From assembly GCA_046758745.1 (NCBI GenBank), contig JBHIAV010000040.1:1-26782 (forward strand): a DNA stretch of 26,782 nt, in the 5' to 3' direction. Each line of letters opens with the position of its first letter. The first letter of the stretch is position 1. Source of the DNA: Gemmatimonadota bacterium. Lineage in GTDB: Bacteria; Gemmatimonadota; Gemmatimonadetes; Palauibacterales; Palauibacteraceae. Positions 1 through 11,646 of this stretch are shown in pieces. The translations under genes and the position numbers were made by a program. Under the pieces are notes generated by a model. The model worked only from the letters and a program-made list of their open reading frames with translations. It was not told the DNA's origin and searched no databases.

Positions 1-54
<54 letters not shown>

Positions 55-826
55 CGATTTGTTACTCAGCGCCGCCATTGGGATCGCGACGCCGGGCATG
101 GTCATTTCTGCCATGCTCTGCATGTTGCCATGCAGTCCGGACTGTCTCATCCGCTATCGGGATTCAGCGGTCTGGCGTACAGTCTCTGAGGATTCTCGAA
201 CCGGGCCAGGATCTCCTCGTCCGCATACTTCCGCTTCCCACCGTCGTTCATGTCGCGGCGAATCTCCAGGATCTCTTCGATCCCTTCGTGTGTGAGATGC
301 CGCCTCTCCTTCATGATCTCCGCCAGCTTCACGAACTTCGCGAAGTCTCGCTTCTTCTTCGCCGATCGAAAGTTGAATCGCCTGAAGAAGGGAATGACGT
401 TCTGGAGGATGGTGTTCACGTTGTTAACCTCGTAATACCAGACTCCATCCCGTCGCTGACGCATGGTCCCACATTCCAAGTGTCGCTTGAAAAGCGACAG
501 AATGACCGGATCACGCTGGGAGATATTGAAGCAGAGAGAAACTTTCCATGGGAAACTGTAGTCGCTTCGTGGCCGAAAGCTCACGTTGAAGCTTCCTTCC
601 CCATCGGCGAAGCCGGCCAGATACCAGCCAATCTCCGCCGGGACTTGGTTGACCCTAGGCATTGCTCGAGCCTTTCCTGCTGATTGCCCGTCCACGTCGG
701 ATTTTCACTGCCACCCTCTTCGATCGCCTCAACACGAGGTCAACCCAGTGACGAGTACCGGCGCTTCATTCGGGTGTCCCAGCATATAGCCAGATTTGTT
801 AACGGAACTACAGTGGTCCTTAATCC
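55..826 (-). mobile_element. Group I self-splicing intron at 23S position L1917, 772 nt
   Basis: The 5' exon ends in U and the intron ends in G. Core elements: P TATGCTGGGACA (775-786), Q AATCAGCAGG (676-685), R TCAGAGACTGTA (178-189), S GAGACAGTCC (139-148). P3 is TCTGGC/GCCAGA and P7 is GACTGT/ACAGTC. IGS GTAGTT (806-811) pairs with exon AACTAT, giving a U.G pair at the splice site. P9 is CTGCATG-GCAA-CATGCAG. Confidence 0.96.
147..662 (-). CDS. Intron-encoded single-motif LAGLIDADG homing endonuclease (~171 aa)
   Basis: N-terminal motif WYLAGFADGEGSF, then NISQRD, IPFFRRFNFRSAKKKRDF and HLTHEGIEEIL. ATG at 662 is preceded by AGGAAAGG. The ORF track starts it at GTG 695. Confidence 0.95.
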   Translation of the reverse strand: MPRVNQVPAEIGWYLAGFADGEGSFNVSFRPRSDYSFPWKVSLCFNISQRDPVILSLFKRHLECGTMRQRRDGVWYYEVNNVNTILQNVIPFFRRFNFRSAKKKRDFAKFVKLAEIMKERRHLTHEGIEEILEIRRDMNDGGKRKYADEEILARFENPQRLYARPLNPDSG

Positions 827-857
<31 letters not shown>

Positions 858-1389
858 TTTCAAAGCTTCGCCCCCAGGAGCAAGCTCCCGGGAGCTGACC
901 TCTCCACTTAACCTTCCGGCACCGGGCAGGCGTCAGTGCCTATACGTCGTCTTGACGACTTCGCAGACACCTGTGTTTTTACTAAACAGTCGCTTGGGCC
1001 GATTCTCTGCGGCCCGCTTCGGCTCCACCGGCAAGCGGCTTCACCTACCACGGGCTCCCCTTCTCCCGAAGTTACGGGGACATTTTGCCGAGTTCCTTGA
1101 CCAAGACTCACTCGAGCGCCTGAGGCTTCTCGCCTCGCCCACCTGTGTCGGTTTGCGGTACGGTCGCCCGTCCATCTCGCCTGCGAAGCTTTTCTCGGCA
1201 GTTCTTACGGTCCCTTGGCGGGGTCCGAAGACCCCTTCGGCATCGGATCTCGGCTAAACGGGGGGATTTGCCTCCCCGAAAACGCCTACCTCCTTGCATC
1301 GAGCTCCACCGCCCGACGGACCTGCCATCCCTGCGTCCCTCCTCAGGCTCAAACGAAGAACGAGCGGTACGGGAATCTTCACCCGTTTC

Positions 1390-1421
<32 letters not shown>

Positions 1422-3013
1422 GGCCGACTGACCCTGAGCTGATCGACATGGCTCAGGAACCCTTGGGCTTTCGGCGACGGGGGTTCTCACCCCGTTTCTC
1501 GCGTACTCATTCCGGCATTCTCGCTTCCCTGCGCTCCACGGGCTGATGGCATATTCGCCAAGACCTCACGGCCCCGCTTCGCTGCACAGGCAACGCTCCC
1601 CTACCCCACGAAGGCTTCCGAAGAAGCCCCGCAGCCCTGGCTTCGGTGGCGGACTTGAGTCCCGACCATTATCGGCGCAAACCCGCTTGACTGGTGAGCT
1701 GTTACGCACTCTTTCAAGGAATGGCTGCTTCTAAGCCAACCTCCCAGTTGTCTGCGCAAGTTCACATCCTTTCTCACTTAGCCCGCACTTAGGGACCTTA
1801 GCCGGGGGTCTGGGTTCTTTCCCTCTCGCGCACGAACATTCTCGCCCGTGCCCTGCCTCCCTGAGACCGACTGACGGGCATTCGGAGTTTGGTTGGGGTT
1901 GGTACCCGGGTAAGGGCCCTAGCCCATCCAGTGCTCTACCTCCCGCAGTCTACGCTCAGAGGCGATACCGAAATATCTTTCGGGGAGAACCAGCTATCTC
2001 CAGGTTTGATTGGCCTTTCACCCCTATCCACAGCTCATCCGAGCGGTTTTCAACCCACAACGGTTCGGCCCTCCACGAGGCATTACCCCCGCTTCAGCCT
2101 GGCCATGGATAGATCACGCTGGTTTCGGGTCTTCGCCCGACCGACTCTGCGCCCTGTTAAGACTCGCTTTCGCTTCGGCTCCGCGGCTGAGCCGCTTAAC
2201 CTCGCCAGCCAGGTCGAACTCGCCGGATCATAATGCAAAAGGCACGCGGTCAGAGCGCCGTACCTCCGAAGAGGTACGGCCTCCTCCCACCGCTTGTAGG
2301 CACGAGGTTTCAGGTTCTCTTTCACCCGCCTCCCGGCGTGCTTTTCACCTTTCCCTCACGGTACTCGTTCGCTATCGGTCACAGGCTCGTATTTCGCCTT
2401 GGCAGATGGTCCTGCCGGCTTCAACCGGGATTCCTCGTGTCCCGGCCTACTCAGGAGGCCGTCCCGAACCCGCCGACCGGCTTTGCCTACGGGGCTTTCA
2501 CCCTCTTCGGCCGCGCTTTCCAGCGCTGTTCCGCTCCCCGATCGGCCAGGCCCGGAGGACCGGCAGATCCCCCCGGACGACCCCTGCAACCCCGCACGAG
2601 CAACGGCTGCCGCCTGTCACGCCCGCACGGTTTGGGCTCTTCCCCTTTCGCTCGCCGCTACTGAGGGAATCACTCTTGTTTCCTTTTCCTCGAGGTACTG
2701 AGATGTTTCAGTTCCCCCGGTTCGCCTCCCCGGGGCTATGTATTCCCCCCGGGGATGACCGGGTATGACCCCGGCCGGGTTCCCCCATTCGGACACCCGA
2801 GGATCAACGCTCGCTTGCAGCTCCCCCCGGCTTTTCGCAGCTTGCCACGTCCTTCATCGCCGGCCTGTGCCTAGGCATCCACCTCGCGCCCTTCCTTGCT
2901 TGATCCACCTATCCTTCGGAGGCCCGCACCGGGCTAACGCCCGACACGACCCCCCACGTCAGACGCCTCGGCGCCCTCTCGGCACTCACCTTCACACCCT
3001 CTCTCACTCCTGC

Positions 3014-3045
3014 TTGTCAAAAAGCTACCCGCCTCTTGCGAGACG
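3014..3045 (-). promoter_or_regulatory. rRNA antitermination boxB hairpin and boxA
   Basis: Minus strand has a GTCTC-GCAA-GAGGC GNRA hairpin followed by AGCTTTTTGACAA, close to boxA consensus TGCTCTTTAACA. Confidence 0.7.
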
Positions 3046-3052
3046 ACCTGCA

Positions 3053-3081
3053 AACCTAACCGGCGAGCCTTATGCCGTCAA
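3053..3081 (-). promoter_or_regulatory. Sigma70-type promoter for the 23S gene
   Basis: -35 TTGACG (3081-3076), 17-nt spacer, -10 TAGGTT (3058-3053), directly upstream of boxB/boxA. Confidence 0.75.
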
Positions 3082-3148
3082 CGACCGGGGAGGGCTCTCA
3101 GGCAGCATTCCCCGGTGGTGCGGTGCCGGAGCACGCCCGGGCCGGAGC

Positions 3149-3769
3149 TCAGAAGGCGACGCCGAAGCCGATCGCCTCGTTCTCGCCCACCGTGACGCCC
3201 ATACGGAGCTTGAACCGCTCCGCGAACTGAGCATCCATCCCGAGGTCCACGTCGAAATGGAGATCCTCATCATCAAAGTCCGCGAAGAGGATGTCGAGCG
3301 CCAACCTCGGGTAGAGGTAGGGAGTGAGCATCACCTCGCTGTTCTCCACCTTCAGCTCGCGCCCGAGCGATACCCCGCCCGGGATTCGCACGATCCCGAA
3401 GTCGCGATCGCGCGGGCCGGCATCGGGCACGAACCCGATCCCGAACCCCGTTACCCAGGCAACGTCGAGCGGGAAGGACTCGTCGGCGGCGACGAGCTCG
3501 TTCTTCAGATCCACCCCGCCGAACAGGCCCACCTCGCCGAACGCGTCCACCAGGCCGCCGCGGAGCCCGAGGTCGACCACATCGCCCGACTGGCGCCAGG
3601 TCAGGATCCCGGCGACGTCGTCGGCGTCGTTCTGAAACAGCAGGTAGAGCCCCAACCCATCCTCCCCGTACGGCGTATTGAAGGAGGGAGTGTCGAACGT
3701 CTGCGCCCGGAGGGCACTCGCTCCGACGAGAAGGGCGGAGGCGACCAGCCAGCCGGCGCCACAGCGCAT
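3149..3769 (-). CDS. Hypothetical exported protein, probable small outer-membrane beta-barrel
   Basis: Signal-peptide-like start MRCGAGWLVASALLVGASALRA-Q, alternating hydrophobic beta-strand pattern, C-terminal IGFGVAF ending in Phe. RBS GAGGGAG precedes ATG 3769. Confidence 0.7.
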   Translation of the reverse strand: MRCGAGWLVASALLVGASALRAQTFDTPSFNTPYGEDGLGLYLLFQNDADDVAGILTWRQSGDVVDLGLRGGLVDAFGEVGLFGGVDLKNELVAADESFPLDVAWVTGFGIGFVPDAGPRDRDFGIVRIPGGVSLGRELKVENSEVMLTPYLYPRLALDILFADFDDEDLHFDVDLGMDAQFAERFKLRMGVTVGENEAIGFGVAF

Positions 3770-3797
3770 ACGCGATCGCTCCCTCACAGGGGCTCCA

Positions 3798-6389
<2,592 letters not shown>

Positions 6390-6465
6390 TAGCGCGCTCC
6401 TTCACCCACCATTCCATCTCCGTCGCCGGCTGGCCGCTCTTCCTCCGGCCTCACTCTCTCCGGCC

Positions 6466-8073
6466 TCACGCCCGGGCGGCGGTCGCGGGCTCCGCTCGGT
6501 TCGCCCGGAAGAGCTGCTTGTGGGCCTCGATCGCCTCGCGCAGCTGCGACTCGATCTCCTTCGTAAGCACCTTCCCCATCCGAATGCCGGCCCCGATATC
6601 GGCATGCGCCGAGCGCATGTAGTCGAGGAAGCTCCTTTCCCAGCGCGGGACGTGGCGAACCTCCACGTCGTCCAGGAAGCCCTGCGTGACGGCGAAGATG
6701 ACCATGATCTGCTCCTCCACCGGCATCGGCTTGTACTGACCCTGCTTGAGGACCTCCACCGTGCGCCGTCCCCGAGCGAGCTGGCGCTGCGTGGCGGGAT
6801 CCAGGTCGGAGCCGAACTGGGCGAACGCCTCCAGCTCCCGGAACTGGGCGAGATCGAGGCGGAGGCGTCCCGCCACGCGCTTCATCGCCGTGATCTGGGC
6901 GTTCCCGCCCACGCGTGACACCGAGATCCCGGCGTTCACGGCCGGCTTTACGCCCGCGTAGAAGAGGTCGCTCTCGAGGTAGATTTGGCCGTCCGTGATG
7001 GAGATCACGTTCGTCGGTATGTAGGCGGAGACGTCTCCCGCCTGCGTCTGGATGATGGGGAGAGCGGTGAGCGAGCCGCCGGGCTTCCGGATCTCGGCGT
7101 GATCCCGAAGGATCTCCGCGTCCTCGGTGATCTTGGCCGCGCGCTCGAGCAGCCTGCTGTGCAGGTAGAAGATGTCGCCCGGGTACGCCTCCCGGCCCGG
7201 CGGCCGGCGCAGCACGAGCGAGATCTCCCGGTACGCGTCCGCCTGCTTGGAGAGATCGTCGTAGACGCAAAGCGTGTGACGGCCCTCCTCGTACACGAAA
7301 TACTCGGCCAACGCGCAGCCGGCGTACGGGGCGATGTACTGGAGGGTCGCGGGGTCGGAGGCGTTGGCGCTCACCACGATCGTGTGGTCCATCGCGCCTT
7401 CTTGCTCGAGCCGGTCGACCACCGACGCCACGGTGGATGCCTTCTGCCCGATCGCCACGTACACGCAGACGACGTCGCCACCGCGCTGGTTGATGATCGT
7501 GTCGAGGGCGATGGCGGTCTTCCCCGTCCGGCGGTCCCCGATGATGAGCTCTCGTTGGCCGCGCCCGATCGGGATCATGGAGTCGATCGCCTTGAGCCCC
7601 GTCTGGAGGGGCTCCTTGACGGGCTGGCGGAAGACGATTCCCGGTGCCTTGCGGTCCACCTTCATCGCGCCTGTCGTCTCGATCGGCCCCTTCCCATCGC
7701 GCGGCTCGCCGAGGGGGCTGACCACGCGGCCAAGGAAGCCGGGGCCCGCCGGGACCTCCAGGACGCGCTCCGTACGACGAACGGCATCCCCTTCCTTGAG
7801 CTGCAGGTAATCGCCGAGGATCACCGCCCCGATGTTGTCCTCTTCCAGGTTCAGGGCGAGGGCGATGATCGTGTTCCCGGTCTCGGAGGACTCGATCGCG
7901 AGCATCTCGTTCGCCATGGCGGAGGAGAGTCCCCAGATGCGGGCCACGCCGTCCTTCACCTCCAGGACCTCGCCCACCTCTTCGAGGCGCAGCTCCTCCT
8001 CGTATCGGTCGATCTGCTCGATCAGCGCCTTCTTTATCTCGCTGGCGCGCAGCGTCGCGTCTGTCCTGGCCAT
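6466..8073 (-). CDS. atpA: ATP synthase F1 alpha subunit
   Basis: Motifs [44 protein letters not shown] 8073 is the likely start. Confidence 0.99.
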   Translation of the reverse strand: MARTDATLRASEIKKALIEQIDRYEEELRLEEVGEVLEVKDGVARIWGLSSAMANEMLAIESSETGNTIIALALNLEEDNIGAVILGDYLQLKEGDAVRRTERVLEVPAGPGFLGRVVSPLGEPRDGKGPIETTGAMKVDRKAPGIVFRQPVKEPLQTGLKAIDSMIPIGRGQRELIIGDRRTGKTAIALDTIINQRGGDVVCVYVAIGQKASTVASVVDRLEQEGAMDHTIVVSANASDPATLQYIAPYAGCALAEYFVYEEGRHTLCVYDDLSKQADAYREISLVLRRPPGREAYPGDIFYLHSRLLERAAKITEDAEILRDHAEIRKPGGSLTALPIIQTQAGDVSAYIPTNVISITDGQIYLESDLFYAGVKPAVNAGISVSRVGGNAQITAMKRVAGRLRLDLAQFRELEAFAQFGSDLDPATQRQLARGRRTVEVLKQGQYKPMPVEEQIMVIFAVTQGFLDDVEVRHVPRWERSFLDYMRSAHADIGAGIRMGKVLTKEIESQLREAIEAHKQLFRANRAEPATAARA

Positions 8074-8170
8074 GCTAGCGTTCACCCTCAGACTTCTACG
8101 GTTTCCGACACCCGGTCGGCCGAGCGGCGGATCTGACGAGCACCCGGCTGGTGGAGCCGCGCCCTTCCGA

Positions 8171-8734
8171 TCACCCGGCCTGCGGAGTGTGATCTCCCTC
8201 CTCGATCAGGACGCGGCGGAGATCGTGGAGCCGCCGCCGCAGGGAGCCGTCCATCAGGCGGTCCTCCACTCGGACGACGACCCCGCCCAGGATTGCCTCG
8301 TCCCGTCGGAACGTCGGGATGACCTCCCGCCCGAGGAAGCGCTCGAGGGCCGCTCGAATCTCCTTACGTAGCTCGGCGTCGGGCTCTCTCGCCAGGGTCA
8401 CCACGGCGCGCACTCGTCCCGCCCGCTCGTCGAGGAGCTCTCGATAAGCTTCCTCGATCTCGGGGAGGAGCGACAGCCGGCCCTTCTCCAGGGCGACGAG
8501 GAGGAAGCGCAGGAATAGGAGGGGGTAGCGATCGGAGAAGACCTCCCGGAGGGCGGAGCGCTTCTCCGTGAGCGAGATGCGCGGCGTTTCCACCAAGCGC
8601 CGGAAGTCCGGCTCCTCCCTGTGGAGCGCGGCCACCTCTCCGAGCCACTCTCCATACGCCTCGATCGCACCTTCCCGCGACCCGAGCTCGAGGAGCGTTT
8701 CCGCGTAGTTTCTCCCGATCGAGGCCCGGCTCAT
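8171..8734 (-). CDS. atpH: ATP synthase delta subunit
   Basis: N-terminal RNYAETL, C-terminal [22 protein letters not shown], and operon position. Confidence 0.95.
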   Translation of the reverse strand: MSRASIGRNYAETLLELGSREGAIEAYGEWLGEVAALHREEPDFRRLVETPRISLTEKRSALREVFSDRYPLLFLRFLLVALEKGRLSLLPEIEEAYRELLDERAGRVRAVVTLAREPDAELRKEIRAALERFLGREVIPTFRRDEAILGGVVVRVEDRLMDGSLRRRLHDLRRVLIEEGDHTPQAG

Positions 8735-9336
8735 CGAAGCTCCGCCACGTACTCCTGAACGAGACGGCGGCTCGCCTCGTCGTCCACCCGCTGGCGAATC
8801 AATCGTTCGGCTGCGGCCAGGGAGATCTCCACCGCCTCCCGGCGCACGGACTGCATCAGCTCGTCCCGCTCGCGGGAGAGTTCTCGCCGGGCCCGATCGA
8901 GAAGCTCCGCGTGCTCAGCCCGCGCTCGCGCCAGGATCTCCTCGCGCAGCTTGTCTCCGGCGACCCGGCTCTCCCGCAGGATTCCCTGCGCTTCGCGCCT
9001 CGCCTCGGCCAGCTGACGCGCGTGCTCGTCGAGCAGCCGACGCGCTTCTTCCCGGTCCTGCCGAGCCGCGTCTATCGCCTCCTGGATCTTCCGCTGACGC
9101 TGCTCCAGGCCGCCCGCGATCGCCGGGAAGACCTTCCAGGCGAGGATGGCCAGGGTGAGGAGGAATAGGACCCAGGTCCAGATGACCAGACCCAGGTTGA
9201 GCGAGAAGATCTGCGAGCCCCCCTCCTGGGCCGCGGCCACGGCCGCCGGCGTCCCGAGGAGGAGCCCCGCGCAGAGCGCGGCGCGAATCCCGCCGCTCGC
9301 TCGACTCCCGCCACGCACTTGAGTCCCGCCGCTCAC
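8731..9336 (-). CDS. atpF: ATP synthase Fo subunit b, with N-terminal extension
   Basis: TM segment GLVIWTWVLFLLTLAILAWKVFP followed by a long charged coiled coil; operon position. Confidence 0.93.
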   Translation of the reverse strand: MSGGTQVRGGSRASGGIRAALCAGLLLGTPAAVAAAQEGGSQIFSLNLGLVIWTWVLFLLTLAILAWKVFPAIAGGLEQRQRKIQEAIDAARQDREEARRLLDEHARQLAEARREAQGILRESRVAGDKLREEILARARAEHAELLDRARRELSRERDELMQSVRREAVEISLAAAERLIRQRVDDEASRRLVQEYVAELR

Positions 9337-9581
9337 TTGATGAAGGCGGCGATCACGAGCCCGAAGAGCGCGACGCCCTCGATCAGCGCCGCCAGGATGA
9401 TCGCGGCGGTCTGGATCTGTGGGCCCGATTCGGGCTGTCTGGCCATCGCGTCGGCCATCTGTCCGCCGATCCTGCCGATTCCGAGACCGGCGCCGATCAC
9501 CGCACCGAGAACCGCGAGACCGGCCCCGACGTCACCGATCCCGACGGCGGTTTCCTGAAGCATCAAGAGCAGATTCGGCAT
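9333..9581 (-). CDS. atpE: ATP synthase Fo subunit c
   Basis: GAGLGIG, ARQPE loop, ALIEGVALF with the conserved Glu. Start is ATG 9581 or TTG 9584. Confidence 0.97.
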   Translation of the reverse strand: MPNLLLMLQETAVGIGDVGAGLAVLGAVIGAGLGIGRIGGQMADAMARQPESGPQIQTAAIILAALIEGVALFGLVIAAFIK

Positions 9582-9657
9582 CAACGCCTCCCCTTCGGTT
9601 TCAGTATGGCGCGTACGGACAGAGCGTCACGCCGTGGCAGACGACGGAACGACGGCC

Positions 9658-10593
9658 TCAGTGGGCATGGCGGACGAGCCCGATGAACACGGCCGTCAGG
9701 ATGGTGAAGATGTACGCCTGCAGGAGCGCGATGAAGATCTCCATGAGCATGACGAACAGGCCGAGCAGGATCGGCCCGACGATCGCCGTGAGCCCCACCG
9801 CTGCCCTGAAGCTCCCGTACGTGATGATCAGCCCCAGGAAGGAGAGCAGCACCAGGTGGCCCGCAGTCATGTTGGCGAAAAGTCGGACGGCGAGCGCGAA
9901 CGGTTTGGCCAGCTTCCCGATCAACTCGACGGGGGTCATGATCACCAACATCACGGCGCCCATCACCGGGTTCAGGCCGGGAGGCACGTAGAAGATCGTG
10001 CGCAGGTAACCCCTGGGCCCGAGCGACACGAAGCCGGCCGTCTCCACGGCGAACAGCGAAATGACGGCGAGCGCGCCGGTGACCATGATGTTGGAGGTCG
10101 CCGTCGAACCGAACGGCACGAGGCCGAGGAGGTTCGCGTACATGATGAAGAAGAAGAGGGTGATGACGTACGGGACGAAGCGCTCTCCTCCGTGGCCGAT
10201 GTTGGCCATCGCTACCTCGTCCCGCAGGTATAGGTAGAGTGCCTCCACCGCGTTCAGCAACCCGCGGGGGGCCCGCTCCCCCTGCTCGAGCCGCTGCGCC
10301 TGCCGCGCGGCGAGCCACATCGTGAGCACCGTGAGCAGGGCCGCGATGCCAAGGAAGACAACGTGCTTTGTCACCGAGAGGTCGATGGTGAGCGGCCCCA
10401 CGTGGAGCGGGGGCACGCCGAGCGGCGCGAGGTCGATCTCCTTCGCGCCGAACTCGAGAACGCGGGAGTCCGTGACGTGGTGGAGCATCGTCTCCCTGCC
10501 CCACTCCTGGGCGTGCTCGGCCCCCGCCGCCAGCCCGTCGGGCGGGACCCCGTTCTCCTGCAGGAGCGTCGCCAGGATGCCCCTCAGCGTCAT
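9658..10593 (-). CDS. atpB: ATP synthase Fo subunit a
   Basis: Motifs KPFALAVRLFANMTAGH and LQAYIFTILT. Confidence 0.98.
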   Translation of the reverse strand: MTLRGILATLLQENGVPPDGLAAGAEHAQEWGRETMLHHVTDSRVLEFGAKEIDLAPLGVPPLHVGPLTIDLSVTKHVVFLGIAALLTVLTMWLAARQAQRLEQGERAPRGLLNAVEALYLYLRDEVAMANIGHGGERFVPYVITLFFFIMYANLLGLVPFGSTATSNIMVTGALAVISLFAVETAGFVSLGPRGYLRTIFYVPPGLNPVMGAVMLVIMTPVELIGKLAKPFALAVRLFANMTAGHLVLLSFLGLIITYGSFRAAVGLTAIVGPILLGLFVMLMEIFIALLQAYIFTILTAVFIGLVRHAH

Positions 10594-10627
10594 ATCGAGA
10601 CCAAACCCGTCATCCCCCCGGCTTCCT

Positions 10628-11011
10628 TCAGCTCCCGCGGCCCGGCCGGAAGCCGGCCAGCCAGCCCGCCTCCACGAGGAGGAAGGCCACCAGAGCCAGA
10701 CCGTACGACGCGACCAGACCCGGCCCCTCCCCCCCCGCGGCTACCCCAGCGATCCACAGAACGGCCAGGCCCGTGGCCCGCGCCGCGATCCCGGTCAGCC
10801 ACACCGCAAGGGCGTTCTGGCCGCGCGACAGCGCGCCCGTCAGCTTCCAGAACGCGACCGCCTGAACGCCCCACGCAGCGCCCAGCCCCACGGTGGCATC
10901 CGCCCCACCCCATCCCGCGAGCCTGGTAGCGACCCCCCAGCCCACGATCCCCAGGAGGGCCGTGATGGCCAGGTAGCCGGCCCGCCCCGCACAGGCCGAT
11001 CCACCCCTCAA
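10628..11011 (-). CDS. Four-TM membrane protein, ATP synthase protein I-like
   Basis: Hydrophobic 127-aa ORF between the AtpZ/I-like gene and atpB; its start overlaps the upstream stop. Confidence 0.65.
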   Translation of the reverse strand: MRGGSACAGRAGYLAITALLGIVGWGVATRLAGWGGADATVGLGAAWGVQAVAFWKLTGALSRGQNALAVWLTGIAARATGLAVLWIAGVAAGGEGPGLVASYGLALVAFLLVEAGWLAGFRPGRGS

Positions 11012-11292
11012 TCGACCTCCGCCCCGGAGTCACCGGGAGGAGTGTCCGTTCGCCGGCTCAGGACCAGGTGCCGGTACATGCTGAAGAACCCGGCGCCGAA
11101 TCCGATGAAGGTCCCGAGTATGACGAAGAGCGGCCCCGAATGGAGCCGCTCGTCCACGATCGACCCGAGCCACGCGAAGAGGGCCGTCGAGAGCCCGATC
11201 GTCAAACCGTAGCCGCCGTAGCGACCCATGGCGGCCAGCGCGCCGGGACCCGACCCTCCGCCGTCGTCGGGCGGCCCGTTCGGGTGATGCAC
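11008..11292 (-). CDS. AtpZ/AtpI-family small membrane protein
   Basis: GLTIGLSTALFAWLGSIVDERLHSGPLFVILGTFIGFGAGF is typical of the family. GTG 11292 is preceded by AAGGAGG. Confidence 0.85.
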   Translation of the reverse strand: MHHPNGPPDDGGGSGPGALAAMGRYGGYGLTIGLSTALFAWLGSIVDERLHSGPLFVILGTFIGFGAGFFSMYRHLVLSRRTDTPPGDSGAEVD

Positions 11293-11329
11293 GAACTTTG
11301 CCCTCCTTGAGGGGCGGCAGCCGGGGCCG

Positions 11330-11358
11330 ATCATACCGGCTTGTGAAATTTTTCGCAA
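11330..11358 (-). promoter_or_regulatory. Sigma70-type promoter of the atp operon
   Basis: -35 TTGCGA (11358-11353), 17-nt spacer, -10 TATGAT (11335-11330). Confidence 0.75.
11341..11358. promoter_or_regulatory. Rex operator (ROP) overlapping the atp -35 box
   Basis: TTGTGAA-ATTT-TTCGCAA versus Rex consensus TTGTGAA-N4-TTCACAA, one mismatch. Confidence 0.72.
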
Positions 11359-11392
11359 GCCCGGGAATCCGGCCTCGGGAGCCGCTTTCCGC

Positions 11393-11422
11393 TTGACGAT
11401 GCGGACTCCGCGTGCCTAGCTT
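11393..11422 (+). promoter_or_regulatory. Candidate divergent sigma70 promoter for the moxR unit
   Basis: TTGACG, 18-nt spacer, TAGCTT. Confidence 0.45.
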
Positions 11423-11646
11423 TTTCGCGTGCTCACACCGACTCCATGGTGGCCGCCTCCGTCCTTCCGAGCGTCCGATCTCCGGCCGACTCCTCACGCT
11501 CCGATCGCCGGGATCCGCCTGCACCGCCGCTTCGGCGGGAACGGCGGGGCCCGTCGGGGTACTCACACGGCGGTGCGCCCGGCCCTGCGGCGCCCCGCAA
11601 CCGGCCATCCGAGCCTCCGAGACGATTTGAACAACCGCGGGAGTAG

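Noticed and set aside
78-683. 201-aa + strand ORF within the intron
   Set aside because: Antisense shadow of the LAGLIDADG gene with no recognisable motif.
1600-1640. Possible intervening sequence (IVS) at helix 45
   Set aside because: Only a short UUCG-capped hairpin of near-normal length, with no long insert or ORF.
9333-9581. Na+-translocating ATP synthase
   Set aside because: Subunit c has EGV rather than the ES/T Na+ signature, consistent with H+ coupling.
11446-11646. 66-aa ORF ending in TAG immediately before, and in frame with, the moxR ATG
   Set aside because: Low-complexity Pro/Arg sequence with no clear RBS; expected by chance at this GC content.
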